Virus record (IMG/VR): IMGVR_UViG_3300041964_000087 | Span: 5,753 to 69,752 of that record | Source: a virus | Reading direction: 5' to 3' (one strand) | DNA: 64,000 bases | Part shown: one piece after another, positions 9,575 to 15,632 of the stretch | Position numbering within the stretch: the stretch's first letter is position 1 | Layout: the number at the start of each line of letters is the position of its first letter | Position numbers and translations under genes: made by a program | Notes under the pieces: model-generated | Seen by the model: only the letters and a program-made list of their open reading frames with translations | Databases searched by the model: none | Told to the model about the DNA's origin: nothing

Positions 9575-9760
9575 AGTAAATAAGCAAGCCGCCGGGACGA
9601 GTAGCCGGAAAGGGAAACCCCTAAGAGAGCTTTCGTCTCGACCCCTGGGAAGCGTGAAGCCTTTGAGCGTAGCGCCGAGATAACACAGATGAGCATCTGG
9701 ATAAATGGCTTGTGCTATCAGCACTGGGTTAACCCGCCGCTGATATTTTTAGGAAACGAT

Positions 9761-9973
9761 ATGTTTAACCACTGCCTGACCACCGACGACCTCGAACTCG
9801 CACTTTTTGAAGCGATGGTTGCCCTCAACAACGGAGTTGAGATGGATGACTCAGTAGAGTTTGACGATCACCTAGCAGCTAACTTTCCAGAAGGTCACAA
9901 GGCTATCTGCGACGCATACCGAGAGCAATCGGACGCAGTCTTCTTTCTGGAGAATCCAGAGTACGCCGAATAG
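9761..9973 (+). CDS. Small acidic protein
   Basis: AGGA RBS before ATG 9761; 70 aa, strongly D/E-rich. Confidence 0.65.
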   Translation: MFNHCLTTDDLELALFEAMVALNNGVEMDDSVEFDDHLAANFPEGHKAICDAYREQSDAVFFLENPEYAE

Positions 9974-10038
9974 TACACGCGACCTAAGTAAGTCCTCAAA
10001 CTGCCTACCCGACACATTTAAAAATCAAGGAATCCACA

Positions 10039-10590
10039 ATGCTACTTTCTACATTGACCGCTTCTCTCCAGTCCGATTACGCTAACTTGCAAGCTCAAAT
10101 TGAAGCTATGCAAGAACAACAGCGCCAGATCGTTGACAAGCTCCAGCAGGTTGGCGCGGTGAGCAGCAAGATGCAGACAGCAGTACTCGCGCTGCAAGAG
10201 GCGATCGCGTCTGTTAATGAGGTTTGCCCAGAAGAGTTGGGTAACTACAAAGAGACAATTACCAGCCTTTTTCAAACGCCTGTTGCCATCCTAGAGGCTG
10301 CGGTAGAGGAGTCAGAAACGGAAGCGCCTGAAGTCGAACTCGACACAATTGATATTGAGCCGACCGAGTACGGAGTAGAGGAAAGCCCAGAAGATGAGAC
10401 AGTGGAGGTTGCCGACGATGGCAGCAACGGTAAGGTTTATTTGACGGCTGATGAGTTGAATGAGCTACCGATTGGGAAGGTGCGATCGCTGGCGGCAAAG
10501 TTTGAGGTATCAGCCAAGGGTAAGCGTTACGAGATTGCAGCACGACTTAAGGGGATGGTCACGCAAGCTGATATGGACACGGTGAATTAG
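10039..10590 (+). CDS. Coiled-coil acidic protein with C-terminal Rho-N/LEM-like helical domain
   Basis: AAGGA RBS; ELNELPIGKVRSLAAKFEVSAKGKRYEIAARL. Confidence 0.65.
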   Translation: MLLSTLTASLQSDYANLQAQIEAMQEQQRQIVDKLQQVGAVSSKMQTAVLALQEAIASVNEVCPEELGNYKETITSLFQTPVAILEAAVEESETEAPEVELDTIDIEPTEYGVEESPEDETVEVADDGSNGKVYLTADELNELPIGKVRSLAAKFEVSAKGKRYEIAARLKGMVTQADMDTVN

Positions 10591-10691
10591 TAGGAGTAAG
10601 ACTCAAATCCGCAGCGCCTGCGGATTTGAGTCTATTGGAAGTACCCTTTTCCAGCCACACGTAAAATCATTAACAAATTGAGGAAAAACCA

Positions 10692-11831
10692 ATGCAATAC
10701 TTAGTAACGACAAAAGTTGAGCAAATCCCATCACGCCACGACAAGCTAATCTGTATGATTGATGGCACGGTTCCAGGCTGGGACAAGCAATCAGGTGATT
10801 TTCACTTCGACCACCATAAGCCCGGTGGCGCTCAAATTCAGATTGATGAGATTCCTGTAGGGTGTATTCTTAGCTTTCCTCTAATTGAGTATGAACCTTT
10901 GTTCATCACAACCCAGTTAGATGCCGATGCTGTCATTGCTGCGGCATGGATGCAACTTAATCCGTCCTTTGTTAATGAGGAAATACGTCGGAAGCTGAGA
11001 GCGATCGCATTTGATTGCGATTACCTCTGTGTCCCTGATGAATTAAGCGACTTAGCCGGATTTGCCGCTAAAGCTGTAGCAGGAATGAAAGCGGAAGGCG
11101 TAAAGCTTCGCGAGAAGATGGAACTTCCTTCAGATTCAAAGCAATGGACAGAAGAGCAGCGCTTGCAGTACTACTCCGAAAGCTTCAAGCGTGATGTTGA
11201 TTGGATTCTGGATGCCGTCCAAGGTATCCGCCCTTTCCCTGGTGAGTCGGGTGAGGCTGATGCTCATTTTGAGAAAATCAAAGCAGATACTGAAAGGCTT
11301 TTAACGGAGTCTAGGTTACGGAAGTATTGCGGTTGCTGGATATCTGACCAAACTGGAATGAAAGGGTACACTGATCCTCGCAGTTTTTACGCGGCAATTC
11401 CTCAACTTGATCCTGATTATGATTGCCAACCAGTGACTTTGGTTATTGGCGATCGCAAAGAAAATGATGGTATTCGCTACACACTAGGCAGTTTGCCTTT
11501 ACATCCCCAGGCTTCATTACTGGACTACTCAACAGCTCATGTATGGGAGGCTCTGAGCGAAGCCGAAAGAAGACTCAATCCTGATTTTCAGGGATGGGGC
11601 GGTCGTGCTGCGGTGGGCGGAAGTTCTTGGAATAATCCTAGCTTGCTGTCGGCAACGGAAGTGATTGATATTGCAATGTTTGCGCTAGGTGTGGAAACCA
11701 AGATGAACAACCCAGAGCCTTTGCCCAAAAAAATAGTAGAGAGATTAGCAGAAAAATCTACGGTCGCAAACCTTAAAGCCTTAGAGGCTAGCATCAAGCG
11801 AACTATTGCCCGAAAGTCTACCAACCCCTAG
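10692..11831 (+). CDS. DHH-superfamily phosphoesterase-like protein
   Basis: IDG..HFDHH..TTQLDADAV..FDCD and C-terminal WGGRAAVGGS. Confidence 0.6.
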   Translation: MQYLVTTKVEQIPSRHDKLICMIDGTVPGWDKQSGDFHFDHHKPGGAQIQIDEIPVGCILSFPLIEYEPLFITTQLDADAVIAAAWMQLNPSFVNEEIRRKLRAIAFDCDYLCVPDELSDLAGFAAKAVAGMKAEGVKLREKMELPSDSKQWTEEQRLQYYSESFKRDVDWILDAVQGIRPFPGESGEADAHFEKIKADTERLLTESRLRKYCGCWISDQTGMKGYTDPRSFYAAIPQLDPDYDCQPVTLVIGDRKENDGIRYTLGSLPLHPQASLLDYSTAHVWEALSEAERRLNPDFQGWGGRAAVGGSSWNNPSLLSATEVIDIAMFALGVETKMNNPEPLPKKIVERLAEKSTVANLKALEASIKRTIARKSTNP

Positions 11832-12621
11832 TAACTAGGCGATCGCCTGTATTATCAACTGCCCCAACAGTCGCCACGCTCTTTCCCGCAATCGTGACAT
11901 CTGAAGCGTTGGTGATGGCGATCGCTTTTCCCGCTGCATCCCAAGACCACTGACCCGCGCCCATCACCCACTTGGAACCGTCAGCGCTGGCAAAAGTCCA
12001 TACCCCATTTGTCATCTCTGCATAAGCGCCGCCTTGAGTAAACCTAATCCGGTCTGCCGCCTCAACTCTCACAGTCCCCACACCAGACGCCAATGCAGTA
12101 AACAGCAGTTCCCCAAACTCTGAATCAATCTGGTAGGTTTCACCCTTGCAGGTAATCGTCACGTCCCCGCCAATTTCCTCGGTAACTGCGCCATCAACAC
12201 CAACGAAGCGATCGCCCTTCACAAGCTGCCTGTCATCTCCGGGCAGTTTTGTCGTGTTGTCCAATACTGGGGCGAGTTGTCCCGTGTCTGGCGGGTTGGT
12301 CTGGTTGGATAGGGTGCGAAGGAAGAAAGGCTTGTGAGGGTCGCCATCTACGAGGCTAATTAAGACGTGCGTACCTACTGGTGGGATGGGTTCATCAGTG
12401 ACGCTGGTAGACCTACCGCAGGGGAACCAATCACTCTCAGCTTTCCCCCCTTGTGCCTGCCTTGTCACCCTAATCCGTCTCATCCCAGTGGGGTCGTCGT
12501 TGCGGGTCACAATCGCTTCTTGAATGGCTGGCTGACGGTGCAACAGTTCCCTAATTTGAGGAAGTAAGCGGACGAGTTCAGCAAGTGCAGAGGTGAAAGA
12601 GGGCGATCGCATTTGTAACAA
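11818..12621 (-). CDS. Baseplate assembly protein V / gp5-like spike
   Basis: NDDPTGMRRIRV..SDW..PPVGTHVLISLVDGDPHKP OB-fold, beta-repeat C-terminus. Confidence 0.88.
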   Translation of the reverse strand: MLQMRSPSFTSALAELVRLLPQIRELLHRQPAIQEAIVTRNDDPTGMRRIRVTRQAQGGKAESDWFPCGRSTSVTDEPIPPVGTHVLISLVDGDPHKPFFLRTLSNQTNPPDTGQLAPVLDNTTKLPGDDRQLVKGDRFVGVDGAVTEEIGGDVTITCKGETYQIDSEFGELLFTALASGVGTVRVEAADRIRFTQGGAYAEMTNGVWTFASADGSKWVMGAGQWSWDAAGKAIAITNASDVTIAGKSVATVGAVDNTGDRLVTRGW

Positions 12622-13009
12622 GGGTAAAATAGTATTTTACTGGGTGGTCGATGTGTTGCCCAAAAGCATTTTAATTATTGAAGATAATCCTGCTATTTTA
12701 AATAATTTGGCAGAACTCTTAGAAAGTAGAGGCTATCTTCCATTAATCGCAGATAACGGTTATTCGGGGTTGCAAATGGCGATCGCATATCAACCCGATT
12801 TGATTTTGTGTGATTTGCATATTGGCGGATTATCGGGATTGCAAATCGCTAAAACATTGCGGAATCGGGGTAACGCTACACCCATTGTGTTTCAAACAGC
12901 GGATGTTAAGAAAGAAGTACTTGAAGAATTAGAGGGCTTCGGTGAGGTCGTTTACAAGCCTTTTTCTATTGATGAAATAATGGGCGTTGTTGATAAGTTT
13001 TTGAAATGA
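12593..13009 (+). CDS. Single-domain CheY-like response regulator (true start probably ~12650)
   Basis: ILIIEDN..QPDLILCDLHIGGLSGL..PIVFQTA..YKPFS. Confidence 0.9.
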   Translation: MKEGDRICNKGKIVFYWVVDVLPKSILIIEDNPAILNNLAELLESRGYLPLIADNGYSGLQMAIAYQPDLILCDLHIGGLSGLQIAKTLRNRGNATPIVFQTADVKKEVLEELEGFGEVVYKPFSIDEIMGVVDKFLK

Positions 13010-13010
13010 T

Positions 13011-13115
13011 AAACCCCTCATCCTAAAACAAGGGGTTTCGTTGCGTTGAGTTGAAAAGTGACGTGTAGCGACGTGATGAGGCGAGTCGAGTTGAGGCGAG
13101 GAGAGATGAATCGCC
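13011..13115 (-). ncRNA. Pentamer-repeat RNA unit F (15 x [YTC/CAC/CGC]-NN + 3' hairpin)
   Basis: Strict 5-nt period; hairpin AAACCCCTTGTT-TTAG-GATGAGGGGTTT with G-U pairs on minus strand. Confidence 0.7.
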
Positions 13116-13130
13116 ACTCTATCTTAAAGC

Positions 13131-13254
13131 AAATCGCCCAAGGGTTAGCTTAGGCGATCGCTCGTTGTGTTGTATTGAGGCGTGATGAGCTGAACAGAGA
13201 AGAGATGAAGAGTGACGTGTAGAGTCGAGGAGTGTAGAGTGGAGCCGAGATGTC
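13131..13254 (-). ncRNA. Pentamer-repeat RNA unit E (18 pentamers + 3' hairpin)
   Basis: ctc-gg ctc-ca ctc-ta cac-tc...; hairpin ATCGCCTAAG..CTTGGGCGAT. Confidence 0.7.
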
Positions 13255-13277
13255 ACTCTATCTTAAAGCAAATCGCC

Positions 13278-13955
13278 CTATTCTCTGCTGACGAGCATTG
13301 CGAATGGGTTCCCGACTGCGCTTATTGCGGTTTCCATCCGAGCAAACAACGTTGGGTTACGCTTCTCTGCACAAACACTAAAGCGATACCGATGTTTAGG
13401 GCAAACCTCAATCATGTCGAAAAGTCCCCCTCGCTGAAAATACAAACAGTGTCTTGCTGCTGTACTTTTTCCTATTCCACACCCCTCAGCTAGCTCTTGG
13501 GCTGACATCCAGCGATCAGTGTCCTTGAGCAAGCAATACACCTTAAGCTGAGTCAGGCTTACTTCTGCGGTTTCTAAAAAGCGAGAGTGATTCTGGCTTG
13601 TTTCAGACGCTTTTTTAACAGGAGTAATAGGCGTGCTATAACTTCCCGTTTTGCGAATACTAGGGAGAACATCGTGAAGTACCCATCGCTTAAAGCTTTT
13701 GGCAACTGGCTTGCGAGATTTAAAAATTAGGTGATACAGCCCAGCTTCTGTCACTGTAAGCATTTCTTGACTACCACCAAGGGTGCGAACAATCTTCGCA
13801 CCCTTTTCATCATCATCTAAACCACCAAGAGCTTTGCTGGTGTCAGTTAGCTCAAGGCAAAAACAAACATCCTGGGCTACCCATTCTGGACTGTCTGCCG
13901 TCCCCACGAAGCGAACATCTATATCCTTGAACCGAAAAACTGATAAATTAGTCAT
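13278..13955 (-). CDS. BRO-N domain protein (antirepressor-like) with C-terminal wHTH
   Basis: PEWVAQDVCFCL..TLGGSQEMLTVTEAGLYHLIFKSRKPVAKSFKRWVLHDVLPSIRKTGSY. Confidence 0.92.
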   Translation of the reverse strand: MTNLSVFRFKDIDVRFVGTADSPEWVAQDVCFCLELTDTSKALGGLDDDEKGAKIVRTLGGSQEMLTVTEAGLYHLIFKSRKPVAKSFKRWVLHDVLPSIRKTGSYSTPITPVKKASETSQNHSRFLETAEVSLTQLKVYCLLKDTDRWMSAQELAEGCGIGKSTAARHCLYFQRGGLFDMIEVCPKHRYRFSVCAEKRNPTLFARMETAISAVGNPFAMLVSRE

Positions 13956-14082
13956 GTCGCCTAGTTCTGTTAGGTTGACCGCGCCTCTGGGTATTTAGAG
14001 TACCGCAGAGGTACTACTCTATTTTACCATTAAGTAATTGCTGGCAGCCTTATGTTGCAAGGCTTTCCCCTATCAAAAAAGC

Positions 14083-14182
14083 AAATCGCCCAAGGGTTAG
14101 CTTAGGCGATCGCTCGTTGCGTTGTGTTGAGGCGTACTGAAGAGAGACGAGCTGAGTCGAGGCGAGGCAAGTCGAGGTGTAC
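14083..14182 (-). ncRNA. Pentamer-repeat RNA unit D (13 pentamers + 3' hairpin identical to unit E)
   Basis: 42-bp identity 14078-14119 vs 13126-13167; 5-nt period. Confidence 0.7.
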
Positions 14183-14190
14183 CAAATATA

Positions 14191-14290
14191 ATACCCTCCA
14201 TCCAAAGACAAAGGGTATCCGATGAGTTGAGAGGAGTAGAGCCGAGCTGAGGCGAGGCGAGGCGAGTCGAGTGGCGCTGTAACGTCCCTA
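14191..14290 (-). ncRNA. Pentamer-repeat RNA unit C (13 pentamers + 3' hairpin)
   Basis: TAGGGAC start, ten consecutive CTC-NN, CGGATACCCT hairpin with G-U pairs on minus strand. Confidence 0.72.
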
Positions 14291-14294
14291 CATT

Positions 14295-14789
14295 CTACTT
14301 GAACGCTCTCAAATCCTCTATCAACGCTTGTTTATCCAGCATCTGCTCAGGTGACTTAATCACACGTTCCCTCAAAGCCTTGTCTGTATCTTTGGTAGAA
14401 AACGCTTCCCTCAACCCCAGATAAGCCATTGATAAGCCATACTCAACCCGTTGGGAGTGAGTCAGTTTAGCAGGTTCAACACATTCAATCTTCTGTCTAT
14501 ATATTTGGGTGTCACTCTTCAGCCGCTTGCCATGAACATCGTTTGCATGGCGGCTGATATCTTTGTTGGCAAGGCGAGTAAAGCCCCTACCAATCTCACA
14601 CCGAAGTACAACCGAATACTCCTTTTGGACAATACCGCAAGCTGTTTCAATAAAGTGTCGATAACGCTTTTGAACATCACAGTTAGCGATCGCGTTCAAG
14701 TCTTCATAGGAGATAAACTCACCTTCTTTCAAATCACGGAACGTTTGGACTAACTGCTGAGTAATAGGCGATCGCTTATCAGTTTTCAT
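14295..14789 (-). CDS. Partner protein of the RAMP-like gene (possible winged-helix DNA-binding protein)
   Basis: ATG 14789 overlaps the upstream stop by 11 nt; GEFISYEDL..LRCEIGRGF pattern. Confidence 0.7.
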   Translation of the reverse strand: MKTDKRSPITQQLVQTFRDLKEGEFISYEDLNAIANCDVQKRYRHFIETACGIVQKEYSVVLRCEIGRGFTRLANKDISRHANDVHGKRLKSDTQIYRQKIECVEPAKLTHSQRVEYGLSMAYLGLREAFSTKDTDKALRERVIKSPEQMLDKQALIEDLRAFK

Positions 14790-15366
14790 CGTTAAACTCC
14801 ATCGTTGCAACCTTGAACCGTCCGAAGTATCCGTTATTCCGTGGACGAAAACGACCAATTCCAATCAATCGCCCTGCTTGTTCTAGATGTCGTTTCAACA
14901 CATCCTCTGTGATAGTGTCGTCATAGACTAGGAACTCTACCGTTCCCTGCCATTTATAGATAACTGGATAACATTTCTGAACCCGTTTACCACTACCTCG
15001 AACACCATCAGCCGGATAGAAGCCCCATTCACCAACCCAGTCATCTTTAAGGATTGGTTGCTCGTCTAAGTCCATGAGGTACATGGGTTCAATGCACAGG
15101 ATACCCGCTTCAAAGTGCTTAGTCCATGTTGACTTACCTTTGCCTGGTATCTGCTCACCCAGAAACTTTGCCGCTTCAGATAAAGCGTTTTTCAGTGCCA
15201 TGTTAGGGACAAATGTTTTGCCGTCTTGGTCAACATGAATCCGCTCTTTCCAGGTTCGTTCCTCATAGGCGTCTGCTAATTCTTTGTTGAGCTTTGGTGT
15301 GTTGTGAAACTTTGACTGAGAGTAGGGCGTTAATCCTACTAAATGCGCGATCGCAACTTTCGACAT
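14779..15366 (-). CDS. Stand-alone RAMP/Cas7-like protein
   Basis: N-terminal strand LVGLTP, FVPNMALKNAL helix, YPVIYKWQGTVEF, C-terminal G-rich loop AGRLIGIGRFRPRNNGYFGRF; no other cas genes nearby. Confidence 0.78.
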   Translation of the reverse strand: MSKVAIAHLVGLTPYSQSKFHNTPKLNKELADAYEERTWKERIHVDQDGKTFVPNMALKNALSEAAKFLGEQIPGKGKSTWTKHFEAGILCIEPMYLMDLDEQPILKDDWVGEWGFYPADGVRGSGKRVQKCYPVIYKWQGTVEFLVYDDTITEDVLKRHLEQAGRLIGIGRFRPRNNGYFGRFKVATMEFNDEN

Positions 15367-15393
15367 AACTATTTTGTGGAGAATAGCGAACAC

Positions 15394-15445
15394 CTATACT
15401 ATACACAATGCAGTATCGCAGTAATGCAGTGTTGCATTAATATGG
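15394..15445. promoter_or_regulatory. Divergent promoter region with 8-bp periodic YGCAGT repeats
   Basis: TGCAGTAT-CGCAGTAA-TGCAGTGT-TGCATTAA between the RAMP-like gene and plus-strand RNA units. Confidence 0.45.
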
Positions 15446-15448
15446 AAA

Positions 15449-15525
15449 GGCGTCGCAGTTCGACTCCCCTCAATTCGTCTCAGATCGACACAACGCATCT
15501 GTACCCCTTGCTTCGGTGAGGGGTA
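15449..15525 (+). ncRNA. Pentamer-repeat RNA unit A (10 pentamers + cUUCGg hairpin)
   Basis: cgc-ag ttc-ga ctc-cc ctc-aa...; TACCCCTTGC-TTCG-GTGAGGGGTA. Confidence 0.68.
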
Positions 15526-15531
15526 TCATAT

Positions 15532-15625
15532 TAGGGACGACTCCACTCCTCTCAGCTCGCCTCTGCTCCACACTTCTCCTCTCTTTGCAGCACATCGCAA
15601 CGGATGCCCTGCTTCGGTGGGGCAT
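15532..15625 (+). ncRNA. Pentamer-repeat RNA unit B (13 pentamers + cUUCGg hairpin)
   Basis: TAGGGAC start and CGGATGCCCT end mirror unit C; ATGCCCTGC-TTCG-GTGGGGCAT. Confidence 0.72.
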
Positions 15626-15632
15626 TGCATTG

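Noticed and set aside
12929-13493. Short ORFs over the pentamer tracts (12929..13117, 13212..13493; also 15516..15707, 15526..15717)
   Set aside because: Low-complexity translations of 5-nt repeats with no RBS; hairpin evidence favours non-coding RNA
13011-14290. Pentamer tracts as ordinary microsatellites or STRR repeats
   Set aside because: The dinucleotide position is highly variable while the triplet is held, and units have shared boundaries and hairpins; slippage repeats would homogenise
13011-15625. Canonical CRISPR array or class 1 CRISPR-Cas locus
   Set aside because: No identical 25-45 bp repeats alternating with unique spacers and no other cas genes; variation is interleaved at 5-nt period
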